From a virus, in IMG/VR virus record IMGVR_UViG_3300021961_000040, positions 44,075 through 108,074 of that record: a stretch of DNA of 64,000 nt, one strand, 5' to 3'. Position numbers and translations under genes: made by a program. Position 1 is the stretch's first letter. Each line of letters begins with the position of its first letter. Positions 30,085 through 40,375 of the stretch are shown in pieces. The notes beneath the pieces were generated by a model that was not told the origin of the DNA, made no database searches, and saw nothing but the letters and a program-made list of their open reading frames with translations.

Positions 30085-31842
30085 ATGTCTGATTTACTCA
30101 AATACAAAAAGCTGACTGACATTGAGCATGTCTTACTTCGGCCAGGAATGTACGTGGGTTCTATCAAGCATAGGACTGACGATATTTCTATTTACAATGA
30201 AGGCCGATTTAAAACTGAAAGTGTCACTTATAACCCGGCATTTTTAAAGATTTTTGATGAGATTGTATCTAACTCTGTTGATGAACACAGGAGAAATCCA
30301 CACAAGCTAAACCAACTTAATGTACTTGTCAATCCTGAAAAAGGTGCAATCCTAGTTAAAGATAACGGTGGTATTATCGTTGATAAGCATCCTGAGCATA
30401 ACGAGTGGATTCCAGAGCTTATTTTTAGCAATCTCAAAGCAGGATCAAACTTTGATGACACTGAAGAGCGTCTTGTTGCTGGAACAAATGGCGTAGGCTC
30501 GACGCTTACTAATATTTTCTCAAGAGTCTTTCGCGTAAAGACATGTGACGGCAAGAAGCAGTTTTCGCAAAAGTTTGTCGATAATATGACAGACCGCGAA
30601 GAACCAGAAGTTGTGAAGGCAACGTCTCCTAAAGGTTTTACAGAAATTGCTTTTATGCCTGATTTTGAACGCTTTGAGATGGAGACAATTGACGAAGATC
30701 ATATGATGATGCTCCAGAAGCGTGTCATTGATCTAGCAGCTTGCAATCCTAAATTAAAAGTTTCATTTAATAACGAAGATCACACTTTCAAATCTTTTGA
30801 AGAATACTGCAAGCTCTATGTAGAAGATGTAATCTATGTTGAAGGCAGTCGATGGAAAATTGGTATGGCACCTTCTAACGGTTCAATGCAACAAGTAAGC
30901 TTTGTTAATTCTGTTGAAACCTCAGATGGAGGCACACATGTTGATTATATTGCAAATCAGATTGTAACACATCTTCGTGCACTAATTAAAAAGAAGCACA
31001 AGATTGATGTCCGCCCTCAGGAAATCAAGAATCACTTGTTTTTGTTTGTGCAGGCTGATATTGTCAATCCTATCTTTTCTTCACAGACTAAAGAAAAACT
31101 TATTACTGAGCCTAAGCAATTCGGATCGTCTTTTGAGTTTTCACCGGCTACGATTAAGAAGATTGCTTCTTCTGAAGTAGTTGAAAGAATCCTAGACTGG
31201 GCACAGCAAAAAGCAATTGCTGAAGAGAAGAAAGAGCTTAGAAATCTTAATAAAAACTTAAGCAAATCAAAGATTCTTAAGTTAATTGATGCAAAAGCAA
31301 GAACCCAGCGTCAAGACTGTTCACTTGCCATCTTTGAGGGAGATTGCTTAGAAGAAAATACTTCTATTTTTGCACTTAGAGAAACAGATGAAGAAATGTT
31401 TCGATCAATTAAAGATGTTGAAGTTGACGATTATGTTTTGACTCATAAAAATCGATTCAAGAGAGTTGTTGCCAAGACTTCAAAAATTGCAAAGTCGATA
31501 ACTATCAAGACAAAAAAAGGCAATGTAGAATCATCAGAAAATCACAGATTGTGGGTTTACGATACAGAGCTTAAAGAATTCTGTTTTGTAAAGTCTTCTA
31601 GCTTGATTCCAGGAAAGCACAAGCTTGTCAAGTCGAAACTAGCAAACAGCCCTGTGTTTTTAAAAATTTCTGAAGTTAGAAAATGCAAAGATTGTATTGT
31701 GATCAAAACAGAAGACGGAATTGTTACTTCTTCTTATGCACATAAATTTCTTGTTTTTTCAATAGAAGATCAAAACTTCATTCTTAAGCTTGCTGAGGAG
31801 ATAAATGGAGAAATTCATCTCTTAGTCTTGAATTCTAATTAG
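30085..31842 (+). CDS. Type IIA topoisomerase B subunit, N-terminal part (GHKL ATPase and transducer), fused to split intein N-fragment
   Basis: EHVLLRPGMYVGS, EIVSNSVDE, DNGG, GTNGVG, SQTKE; stops resembling topoisomerase at FEGD, followed by CLEENT. Confidence 0.93.
   Translation: MSDLLKYKKLTDIEHVLLRPGMYVGSIKHRTDDISIYNEGRFKTESVTYNPAFLKIFDEIVSNSVDEHRRNPHKLNQLNVLVNPEKGAILVKDNGGIIVDKHPEHNEWIPELIFSNLKAGSNFDDTEERLVAGTNGVGSTLTNIFSRVFRVKTCDGKKQFSQKFVDNMTDREEPEVVKATSPKGFTEIAFMPDFERFEMETIDEDHMMMLQKRVIDLAACNPKLKVSFNNEDHTFKSFEEYCKLYVEDVIYVEGSRWKIGMAPSNGSMQQVSFVNSVETSDGGTHVDYIANQIVTHLRALIKKKHKIDVRPQEIKNHLFLFVQADIVNPIFSSQTKEKLITEPKQFGSSFEFSPATIKKIASSEVVERILDWAQQKAIAEEKKELRNLNKNLSKSKILKLIDAKARTQRQDCSLAIFEGDCLEENTSIFALRETDEEMFRSIKDVEVDDYVLTHKNRFKRVVAKTSKIAKSITIKTKKGNVESSENHRLWVYDTELKEFCFVKSSSLIPGKHKLVKSKLANSPVFLKISEVRKCKDCIVIKTEDGIVTSSYAHKFLVFSIEDQNFILKLAEEINGEIHLLVLNSN
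31345..31842 (+). mobile_element. Split intein N-fragment (165 aa)
   Basis: Block A CL..NT.I, I.DV.V.D.VLTH, block B SSENHRL; second block-B-like copy SSYAHKF. Confidence 0.88.
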
Positions 31843-31904
31843 CACCTCCCACAAAAGTAGAGAAGTCTCCCTCCAAGATAGATAATTATCTAAAAGGAGG
31901 CAGT

Positions 31905-32948
31905 ATGTTTATCAGCGTATTTGAAGATTTTAAAAGCTTGGGCAAAATTGAAGTCAAAACAAAAAAACTTGATAAGAAAATTATCGAGATATCAATGAGA
32001 AAAAAATTAAACAAACATTATGACTTTCAACTATTTGAAGATTTTTTTCAAAAAAATAATTTGAAAGTTCCAATATGCAATATTTGTAAATCTCATCACG
32101 TTCCCTATAGTTTTAAAATAACGATTGAATCTGGATTGATTAAAATTCTAGGCGTCAATCTACTTAAGAAATATCAATATTGTTACGCAAAAAGTGATCA
32201 CTGTGCAAAACTAAGTGCAGGAAGAAAAATGAATCCAAATTCAGCCAAGTTTATTTCACTTGTAACGGGAGTAAGCGAGACAGAAGCGAAGCAATATATT
32301 AGAAACAACAATAAAAGTACTTTTTACAGAGAGAATTTTAACTCATACGAAGAGTATAAAAACGCTCAGAAGCGTGATTTGAAATACTTTGTTTCTAAGT
32401 ACGGAGACAAAGAAGGGCAAGAAAAGTATAAAAGTGCAATCAGGAAACAAAATTATAAAAGATCAAAAGAATTTTATATAAAAAAATTTGGCCCTTTGAA
32501 GGGTATTGAAAAATTTCTTAAGTACAATAGGGCGAGAACGAACAAATTTAGAGGTACGTCAAAGTGGTCACTTAAACTTATCAATCGTGTTTTGGCAAAT
32601 GTTGACAAAGAATCATTTGACAAGATTATGTTTGGTAATAAGGAATATTCTTATACAGATGTCTCATGTAAAAAAACATATTTTTGTGACTTCTACATAG
32701 AAAAAGATGGCAAAACAAAAGTAGTAGAATTTAATGGTCATGCTTGGCATGCTCCGCCTAATTTGTCTGAATCTGAGAAACTTCAATGGAAGCCTGCAAG
32801 AGGAAATAGATCGTGGGCAGATGTGCATAAAGGTGATATAAGAAAGTATAATACTTTAAGATGCGCTGACTTTGAAGTCCTGGTCGTTTGGGACTTCGAA
32901 GATGAAGAACAAATAGTAGAAAAAATTTTGGATTTTTTGAATGATTGA
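31905..32948 (+). CDS. Free-standing homing endonuclease (Vsr/DUF559-like PD-(D/E)xK C-terminal domain)
   Basis: KYG..EG repeats; YFCDFY...VVEFNGHAWH...D..K....FEVLVVW; lies between the intein halves. Confidence 0.8.
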   Translation: MFISVFEDFKSLGKIEVKTKKLDKKIIEISMRKKLNKHYDFQLFEDFFQKNNLKVPICNICKSHHVPYSFKITIESGLIKILGVNLLKKYQYCYAKSDHCAKLSAGRKMNPNSAKFISLVTGVSETEAKQYIRNNNKSTFYRENFNSYEEYKNAQKRDLKYFVSKYGDKEGQEKYKSAIRKQNYKRSKEFYIKKFGPLKGIEKFLKYNRARTNKFRGTSKWSLKLINRVLANVDKESFDKIMFGNKEYSYTDVSCKKTYFCDFYIEKDGKTKVVEFNGHAWHAPPNLSESEKLQWKPARGNRSWADVHKGDIRKYNTLRCADFEVLVVWDFEDEEQIVEKILDFLND

Positions 32949-33708
32949 CATTGTTGAAAACTTTTTAGAGTTAGTTGAGATTGATGATCTTATTAAGACT
33001 GACGAATACAAAAACATGATTGACATTACTGTGGAAGATGATGAGACCTTTGTTTTAGAAAACGGAATTGTATCTCACAATTCAGCATCTTCTGCATTCC
33101 GAAAATATCGCAATCCTAACCTCCAAGGTGCATTTCCACTCCGAGGAAAATTTATCAACGTGTCAGGATTGAGCCCACTTAAAGTAGTTAAAAACAAAGA
33201 GGTGACTTCTCTTCTTGGCGCAATCGGATTAAAACTGGGTGAAGAAGCAAAAAATCTACAGTATGGAAAAATTCTAATCTATTCAGACGCAGATCCTGAT
33301 GGTGACTCTATTGCAGGTTTGCTCATTAACTTTTTTGGTCGCTATTGGCCTGAAATGTTTGAGCAAGGGATAATTTGTCGTGTAATCACGCCAATTGTTG
33401 TTGCAAAGAAAGGCAAGCAGAAGAAATCTTTCTATACAAACGAAGAGTTTGATGAATGGGTGTCTGATCGTAGTAAAATTAAAGGCTGGGAAATTGAATA
33501 CAAGAAGGGTCTTGCCGCGCTTGAAGATGAAGAATACAAAGAAATCATTCAAGATCCTAAAATGTTTGTGATCGAGAAAGGCGATAACTTTCATGCCACT
33601 CTAAATCACTGGTTCTCAAAGAACCCTATACACAGAAAAATGAAGATTCTTGGTCGAGACTTAAGTGATCAAGAAGTAGATGAAACTAACGACGAAGAGG
33701 ATGAATAA
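32941..33708 (+). CDS. Split intein C-fragment (47 aa, 32941-33081) fused to the topoisomerase II B Toprim domain
   Basis: MIDITVEDDETFVLENGIVSHN|S (blocks F and G), then SA, FPLRGKF.N, D.DPDG, YKKGL. Confidence 0.93.
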   Translation: MIDIVENFLELVEIDDLIKTDEYKNMIDITVEDDETFVLENGIVSHNSASSAFRKYRNPNLQGAFPLRGKFINVSGLSPLKVVKNKEVTSLLGAIGLKLGEEAKNLQYGKILIYSDADPDGDSIAGLLINFFGRYWPEMFEQGIICRVITPIVVAKKGKQKKSFYTNEEFDEWVSDRSKIKGWEIEYKKGLAALEDEEYKEIIQDPKMFVIEKGDNFHATLNHWFSKNPIHRKMKILGRDLSDQEVDETNDEEDE

Positions 33709-35210
33709 TGGGAAGTAGCGTCCCTGCAAAAGGACAAGTAAAGTTTGATGAAGTTGTAGTAACTTTTAAAAGAGAACATGACGGATCTTACACGAAACAA
33801 ACAAAACGTCTCACACGAGATCGACAGACTAGCGCTGTAAATTATTACAAAAAGAACAATCCGATAATTGAAGAAGGTCCTTATGTAGCTGTCATATCAG
33901 GTGAAGACTACGACGAAATAATGTCTTTTGAAGGTATAAATGGCGAAACAGTCAACATGTACTTTAAAAAGATTGAAGTAGAAGGGATCGAAGAATGAAG
34001 ATTCTCATTGAGGTAGAAATCAACATTAATCTTGAAACAAGCGAATGGACAGAAGAAAGTCTTTTTGAAGTTTTGAATGACCAGCTTCTTAATATCGATT
34101 TGCTCGAAGAAGATGAGTACGTTAGTAATGTTACTCTACTGAAGAACGAAGAATGAACAATCAAAAGTTTTTGTTCAATACTGTCATTGTGGCAATAACT
34201 GATTTTTCTGTAGGTTACGTTTTTGGACGCTGGATTATACATTCTTTACCTGCATTTTAGGAGAAGAAAAAATGAAATGGGAAGTTAGACCTCTCGAAGA
34301 CGGTAGCTGGGGAGTTTTTTTAATGCAAAAGTTTTGCAAAACAAAAGAACCGGTTTGTTACGGAAGAGCAACTTTAAAATCAACTGCCGAAAGTGTAGTC
34401 GAAAGAATGAACAATTGGCAGCAGGAATTAGAATAATGAAACCTGAGCTTGATAAGATTCTTGCAACATCGTATCCGCTTCTTTACGCTGACAGACATGA
34501 AAATAAAAAAAATACATTTATGTGCTGGGGCTTTTCTTGTGGTGATGGATGGTTTGATCTAATTTCAGAACTTAGTCAAAAGATTGAGTCTGAAATTAGT
34601 GATATGTTAAAAGAATATTCTGACTTCTCATGCGTGACGTGTGGTTGTGAAAAACGTAAACATTACGGTTGCGCAACTTCTCAAGTCGGAAAGTGTCTTG
34701 CAATTTACAAAGACCCGACATCAAAAGAAGAACCTCCTGGTAATTATCGTGCTTGTTTTTGTGAAAAATATAAAAGCTCACATCCGAGAGCAGCGCAAGT
34801 GAAAGAAAAATATGGAGGTCTTAGATTCTATATGACTTTGACTAATGACAAAATTAGTGCACTAATTTCTGAAGCTGAGGCTCTTTCTTTGAAGACGTGT
34901 GAACTGTGTGGGAGTGAAGGCAAACTTAGAAAAGATGGCTGGTATTCTACAAGATGTGATGAATGTTACAAAAATAAGAAAGTAAAATATTAGCTAAGGA
35001 ATCATGATAGACATGTTCGATATCAAAGAAGGTGAGCTTATACAAGTTTTAGATAGTAACGGAAGTATTATAGATACAGGAATGTACATTGGTAAAAAGC
35101 GTATTAACAATATACATCACTGGTTAATTTTAAGTGGAAAAGGATATCGAAAACTAGATACATCTTTTCACACTCTTTTAAAACTGGAAGAAACAAATGA
35201 ATGCAGTTAA
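33708..35210 (+). other. Short hypothetical genes between the topoisomerase B and A genes, including Cys-rich 34436-34993
   Basis: Coupled ORFs; QVKEKYGGLRFY..CExCG motif in 34436-34993. Confidence 0.6.
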
Positions 35211-36537
35211 AAGAAAAGCACAAGACTTTTTCGATACTGAATATCTTGGATATGCGAGATATGTTGTCGAAAATCGCGCCATTCCAAGTCTAGTAGACGG
35301 TTTTAAACCAAGCCAGCGCAAGATTGCTTACGCGGCCAACAAACTCTGGAAGACAGGCAAGGAAAAGCCGATGAAAGTCTTTCAGCTAGGCGGGCAAGCT
35401 GCTGCAATCTCATTCTTCCATCACGGTTCTCTTGACGGAACCATTATCGGAATGACTCAGACATTTAAAAACTCCATGCCTATCTTTCAAGGTGTGGGCC
35501 AGTTTGGCTCACTTAGATCGCCAGAAGCGGGTGCGCCTCGATACATCGGTGTGAAGTTTAACGAGAACTTTCGACGTCTCTACATGGACTTTGGTCTTAC
35601 AACACCGAAGTTTGAGGAAGGACAAGAGATTGAGCCTAAGTACTTCCTCCCGATTGTTCCCACAGTGCTTCTTAATGGTGGTTCAGGGATCGCTGTGGGC
35701 TTCGCAACCAATATTTTGAACCGCAACCCATCTGACATTATTGAAGCCTGCCTGGATCATCTGTCAGACAGGAAGATTAATCGACTCAAACCATGGATTA
35801 ATGGATTTTATGGTACGGTTACTCCTATCCCTGACACACCGAGAAGCTGGATCTTTCACGGAGATTATGAAGTCAAGAACACGTCTACAATAATTATCAA
35901 TGAGATCCCGCCCAGTTGGACGTATGAGAAGTACGAAGCACATCTTGATAACCTTCAGGAAAAAGGTGTTATCACAAGTTATGACGATGAATCTTCCGAC
36001 CGCGTAAAATACACAATCAAATTTCAGAGAGTAAAACTTAAAGAGCTTATGGATAAGAACAAGCTCGTGTCAACTTTAAAACTCGAAGAGCGTCAGACAG
36101 AGAACATTACTACGCTTGACGAAAGAGGCGAGCTTAAGATTTTCGAGACAACTGAAGAATTGCTTGCTTATTTTGTAGACTTTCGGTTGGGTTATTACGT
36201 CAAGCGCAAAGAGTACTTGCTTAACAAGATTGATTGTGATCTATTTATTATCAACAATCGGGTCAAGTTTATTAAGTCTATCATCGACACGAAGCTCGAG
36301 CTGCGTAATAGAAAAAGATCAGATATTGAAAAAGATCTGCCTCTTCTTGATATTCAAAAGCATGAAGAGTCCTATCGGTATCTACTTGACATGTCCGTTC
36401 ACTCACTAACAAAAGAGAAATGGGAAGAGCTTCAAAAGCATGCTGCTGATCTAAAGAAAGAACGCGAGAAAATTGAAAAGACCTCACCTGAAGATTTTTA
36501 TAGAAAAGACTTGAGAGAACTTAAAAAGTTTGTTTGA
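35197..36537 (+). CDS. Type IIA topoisomerase A subunit (T4 gp52-like)
   Basis: RAIPSLVDGFKPSQRK, HHG, GQFGS, APRY catalytic Tyr, GIAVGFAT. Confidence 0.95.
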   Translation: MNAVKRKAQDFFDTEYLGYARYVVENRAIPSLVDGFKPSQRKIAYAANKLWKTGKEKPMKVFQLGGQAAAISFFHHGSLDGTIIGMTQTFKNSMPIFQGVGQFGSLRSPEAGAPRYIGVKFNENFRRLYMDFGLTTPKFEEGQEIEPKYFLPIVPTVLLNGGSGIAVGFATNILNRNPSDIIEACLDHLSDRKINRLKPWINGFYGTVTPIPDTPRSWIFHGDYEVKNTSTIIINEIPPSWTYEKYEAHLDNLQEKGVITSYDDESSDRVKYTIKFQRVKLKELMDKNKLVSTLKLEERQTENITTLDERGELKIFETTEELLAYFVDFRLGYYVKRKEYLLNKIDCDLFIINNRVKFIKSIIDTKLELRNRKRSDIEKDLPLLDIQKHEESYRYLLDMSVHSLTKEKWEELQKHAADLKKEREKIEKTSPEDFYRKDLRELKKFV

Positions 36538-36595
36538 TTATTAGAGTGCATATTACATTAATGCAATTTAAAATAATCTCACCAAGGAGGCTGTT

Positions 36596-37096
36596 ATGGG
36601 TGGTAAAGCTCACGGCGGAAAACGCATTAGTAGAGAAACAGCACTGAGTCTATATTCTGAGATTGTAGACCAGATGCCGACTGTTGAAAGTATCATTTTG
36701 TGCGGGAGCGCAAGACGTCTAAAGCCCACGTGCGGTGATCTAGACATTGTCGTTGTGCCTGCTCAAGATCCGAATCTCGCAGGCGAACTTGACAAGTTCT
36801 TTGTACAAATGTTCGGACATCAAAAGAGCGGAAAGTCTGCAAAGAACGGTTTGTTCCGAGGCGTCCAGACAGAGTTTTATATTGCATCTCCGAATAATTA
36901 CGGAACTTTTAAGCAGATGTGGACTGGTAGTGCCTATCATAACGTTTCTTTGCGTCGTAAGGCAACCAAGATGGGATATTCTCTTTCCCAATATGGTCTT
37001 AAATGTAAATCTACGGGTGAGATTGTAGAATTCAAAAGTGAAGAGGATCTTTACAAGGCACTTGACACACCATTTAAAAAACCGGAGGATAGGTAA
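36596..37096 (+). CDS. Minimal X-family DNA polymerase (palm and C-terminal subdomains only)
   Basis: GSARR..TCGDLDIVV, TGS..HN..LR..A...GY.LSQYGL. Confidence 0.88.
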   Translation: MGGKAHGGKRISRETALSLYSEIVDQMPTVESIILCGSARRLKPTCGDLDIVVVPAQDPNLAGELDKFFVQMFGHQKSGKSAKNGLFRGVQTEFYIASPNNYGTFKQMWTGSAYHNVSLRRKATKMGYSLSQYGLKCKSTGEIVEFKSEEDLYKALDTPFKKPEDR

Positions 37097-37099
37097 ATT

Positions 37100-37330
37100 A
37101 TGGCTAATACTGAAATACTAAAAGAGTTTATTGCAAAAGTGAAACAGCTCGAGTCTGAAAAGGAAGAGCTTAAAGAATATGAGAAGCAGCTGTTTGCTGA
37201 ATACAAAGATCAACTTGATGTCAAGGCTTTTCGCTATGCACTTCGAATTGCAAAGATCAAGCAGAAGCTTTCCAACACAGAAGATGCAGAAGTTGAACAG
37301 CAAGTAGAAGTTCTTCTCGAGCAGTTTTGA
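37100..37330 (+). CDS. GapR/DUF2312- or T4 DsbA-like dsDNA-binding protein
   Basis: LKEFI.KV.QLE.EK.EL......FAE.K...DVKA.R..LR..K pattern. Confidence 0.6.
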   Translation: MANTEILKEFIAKVKQLESEKEELKEYEKQLFAEYKDQLDVKAFRYALRIAKIKQKLSNTEDAEVEQQVEVLLEQF

Positions 37331-38079
37331 TGGATGCACCAGAAGTCTCTGATGTCAAATCAATTCTGGTAGAGCATTGGGAAAATGCTTTTCATGTGTC
37401 TTCAACTTCTTCAGAAGTACATGTTTATGTTGAAGTTGAAGATACTGATGCCGACCCAGGGCTTTGGAATCACATTCCTATGCGCTATGGCAAAAAGTAT
37501 GTGATGATATTTAAAGTTCCTATAGGTTATATTGATGTCTTCTTACGTGCTAAGACCAAAAGTTGATGTAGTTATTGTTGAGAAAAAAACTCGAGGAAAG
37601 TTCCCGGGTGAGAAAGCTCCAGCAGGTACAGTAGGCTTGGTATGGTCTAGATGGGTATCAAACAGTCAATGGTCAACAGAAAAGATTTCTCTTTTAACAG
37701 AAAGCGGAACTATGCTGTTTACAACAGCAAGTTGTGCTTCTAAAACAGGTAATATAACTAATTTTCCTAAATTAATGGAAGCTTATAAACGGCATGCTGA
37801 AGAAGAATTTGTCCCTGTTTTTGGTTTTGTTAAAAAACCTGCACAGGAGTATCAACAACAGGTACAATCTTTAATTGTAAAATTCATATCGAAAGATCGT
37901 TTTACCTCAGTGCCTATTTCTTGTATTCATTACGAAGACTTGGACGAAATATTTAATTCTAACTCAGAAGAGAATTTTTTCTGTATAAGAATTGAACCTT
38001 GGTTCTTAGAAAAAGCAGGCATACTTTAGAGTGTATAGCTTCAAAATATGTTTTAAAATAATCTTATCAAGGAGGAAAA

Positions 38080-38847
38080 ATGAGCCTTTACATTACTGAA
38101 AATGATGCTAGAGAAATTCTGAGCCGCATGAAGGGATTTGAATCAGACCTACGCAGCGTTTACGAAAACTGGTCTTACGACTTCCGAGAAAATCTTGGCA
38201 GACGAAATGCTCTTGTGTCTATGGCACAGGAAACTGAAACTGCACGCGTCTTGTCACGTAAGTTCCGCGATGTTTCTTCTGATGGTGCACCAGGCAAACC
38301 TGATATTGTTATCGGCGAAATCAATGTTGAGCTTGAGTGTAAACTGACAAGTGGATCTAGGGCTGGTAATTGTGTCAGCTTCGATTTTCGAACTGACTGG
38401 GAAACCATCTGTAACAAGGCGCAGCTTGACTACATTTACATTCTTGCAGATGAAAACTTCGAGAAGTTTGCCTTTCTATTTTTTGAAGGTCTTACTTCTG
38501 ACGACTTCTTTCCGCCAGCAAGCGGTTCACGTGGAAAGTCTCGTATGAACAAGGAGAAGGGGATGAAGAAGTGTACTCCACTCTTTGGAGCCTTTATCAG
38601 GCGAAACGATACATATATCGATGCACTTAATGCTGACATCAAAGAAGCAACTACAAAGTTCAAGGACAGAATGTATGAGCTTCGTAATCGCTCTGTTTCT
38701 ACTAAAACGCAGAGTGATAGAATTCGTTATCTCATTGCTTCTGAAATGGGCCGTCTTGAAAAGAAAATGACGAAGCTCCAGGAGCGAATTTCTTACTGGG
38801 AAGATTCTCCCGACAGTTTTACTTTCATTCTCGAGAGTTTGAATTAA
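38080..38847 (+). CDS. PD-(D/E)xK nuclease-like protein with C-terminal coiled coil
   Basis: PDIVI.....LECK; own promoter at 38031. Confidence 0.6.
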   Translation: MSLYITENDAREILSRMKGFESDLRSVYENWSYDFRENLGRRNALVSMAQETETARVLSRKFRDVSSDGAPGKPDIVIGEINVELECKLTSGSRAGNCVSFDFRTDWETICNKAQLDYIYILADENFEKFAFLFFEGLTSDDFFPPASGSRGKSRMNKEKGMKKCTPLFGAFIRRNDTYIDALNADIKEATTKFKDRMYELRNRSVSTKTQSDRIRYLIASEMGRLEKKMTKLQERISYWEDSPDSFTFILESLN

Positions 38848-38913
38848 TTGCACATTGAGTGCAATTGCAACCTAATTAATATATAATAAAAAAGCCAACA
38901 TACAGGAGATACA

Positions 38914-39669
38914 ATGAAAATCAATGTGGCAATCGATGAAATCCCGTTTGGAACCTCTATCCAGGACATTACTGTTCCTGATGTTCTAAAAAAGCGAATT
39001 CCGACAGGCTTGGAGTACTTCGATGCTGCAATTGGCGGCGAAGGCTTTACGCCCTCCATGGTAACACTTTTTACTGGAACACCAGGTTGCGGAAAGACTA
39101 CCATGATGTTGACACTTGCAAATTCTCTGCAGGGCCACGGTGCCCAGGTAATCTTCAATACTGCTGAGGAGTCTCTCCACCAGGTAAAGATGACAACTGA
39201 TCGTCTTCGACTTCGTAATTCGTTTATGGTCGGTGGCCTAGACAATGTCGAAACTCTGCTTAAGGGTTGTGACAAGGTGCGTGCTGCTTATCCTGATCGT
39301 CCATTTTTTCTAATTGTTGATTCTTTGCAGTGTATGAACGACGGTTATTTCAAGAGTAATCGGATTACTTCTGCAACAAGCGAACGCGCACTGCAGCTGA
39401 TTACTAACTACGCAAAGGAACATGCTTGCAATATTCTTGTAATCGGACAGGTTACCAAGGATGGCAAGATGGCCGGCTCTAACAAACTTAAGCACATGGT
39501 TGACTCTCATATTCATCTTTCTGTTGAAGAGAAGGATGAGGACCTCCGGGGCTGTCGTGTTCTTGAAACGCAGAAAAATCGTTTTGGTGGTTGCGGCCAT
39601 ATTGTCTTCCTTAACCTTCGCAAGAGCGGTTTCCAGGAAGTTGCACGAATCTCCGCAGCAGGTATTTAA
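38914..39669 (+). CDS. RadA/Sms-like RecA-fold ATPase (lacks the Zn finger and Lon-like domain)
   Basis: GTPGCGKTT, EES, IVDSLQ, VTKDG.MAG, HMVD, KNRFG. Confidence 0.88.
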   Translation: MKINVAIDEIPFGTSIQDITVPDVLKKRIPTGLEYFDAAIGGEGFTPSMVTLFTGTPGCGKTTMMLTLANSLQGHGAQVIFNTAEESLHQVKMTTDRLRLRNSFMVGGLDNVETLLKGCDKVRAAYPDRPFFLIVDSLQCMNDGYFKSNRITSATSERALQLITNYAKEHACNILVIGQVTKDGKMAGSNKLKHMVDSHIHLSVEEKDEDLRGCRVLETQKNRFGGCGHIVFLNLRKSGFQEVARISAAGI

Positions 39670-39672
39670 TCA

Positions 39673-39705
39673 ATATTCCTCGGGGAATTTTTCCCCGAGG
39701 AATAT
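39673..39705. terminator. Long perfect hairpin, probable terminator
   Basis: ATATTCCTCGGGGAA-TTT-TTCCCCGAGGAATAT immediately after the RadA-like stop codon. Confidence 0.65.
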
Positions 39706-40057
39706 AAATAATCTTGTTAAGATGTGTGGGAGTCACATGACAAAAATTTTAAAGACCGCAGCTATGTGCTTAGCTGCTATAACAGTTGTAATTTTATTTG
39801 CGCTCATCTCTCTGGTCAACCAGGAAGAAGTAGCTACAGATTACGTTTTAGAACCTTATAATACACAATACGTTCTGCATGACTTAGTCAAGACATACGA
39901 AGTTACTGAAGATACTGGAATATTTTTATCTGACGGCCGCAAGGTCGACTACTGTGAATACGAATAGAGGTAGTTATGAACATGGTGACTGTAGTACGAT
40001 GCTGTAACTAAGGTTGCGCCTAAACAAGATACAACTTCGTATCATGTTGTTGCTTTT

Positions 40058-40375
40058 GTGAAGCGAGGTAATCATATCGTCGCTGCAGCAAATAACGAAA
40101 AGTCTTCTCCTAAGTTTCTTAGGTTTTATGCAAAGGGCTGTACTACGCGTGCGTATACCGGTCATGCTGAAATGATCCTTTGTGACAAGCTCAAGGGTGA
40201 TATAAAGGGTAAGACTGTGTATGTTGCTAGGTTTTTGCGTGACGGAACACCCACAATGGCACGGCCATGCAAGCATTGCCAGCGTCATCTCTTTGAGCAT
40301 GGTGTTCGGCGTGTTCGGTATACCGACTGGAATGGAAAGTGGAAGAAGATGAAGATTGTGGAAGTTCCTTATTGA
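40058..40375 (+). CDS. Cytidine/dCMP-deaminase-superfamily protein (true start may be 39976 with a frameshift)
   Basis: HAE ... ARPCKHC zinc motif. Confidence 0.8.
   Translation: MKRGNHIVAAANNEKSSPKFLRFYAKGCTTRAYTGHAEMILCDKLKGDIKGKTVYVARFLRDGTPTMARPCKHCQRHLFEHGVRRVRYTDWNGKWKKMKIVEVPY

Noticed and set aside
31905-32948. Group I intron-encoded endonuclease splitting the topoisomerase gene
   Set aside because: Only about 60 nt of non-coding DNA flanks it and no P/Q/R/S elements are present; intein motifs explain the split
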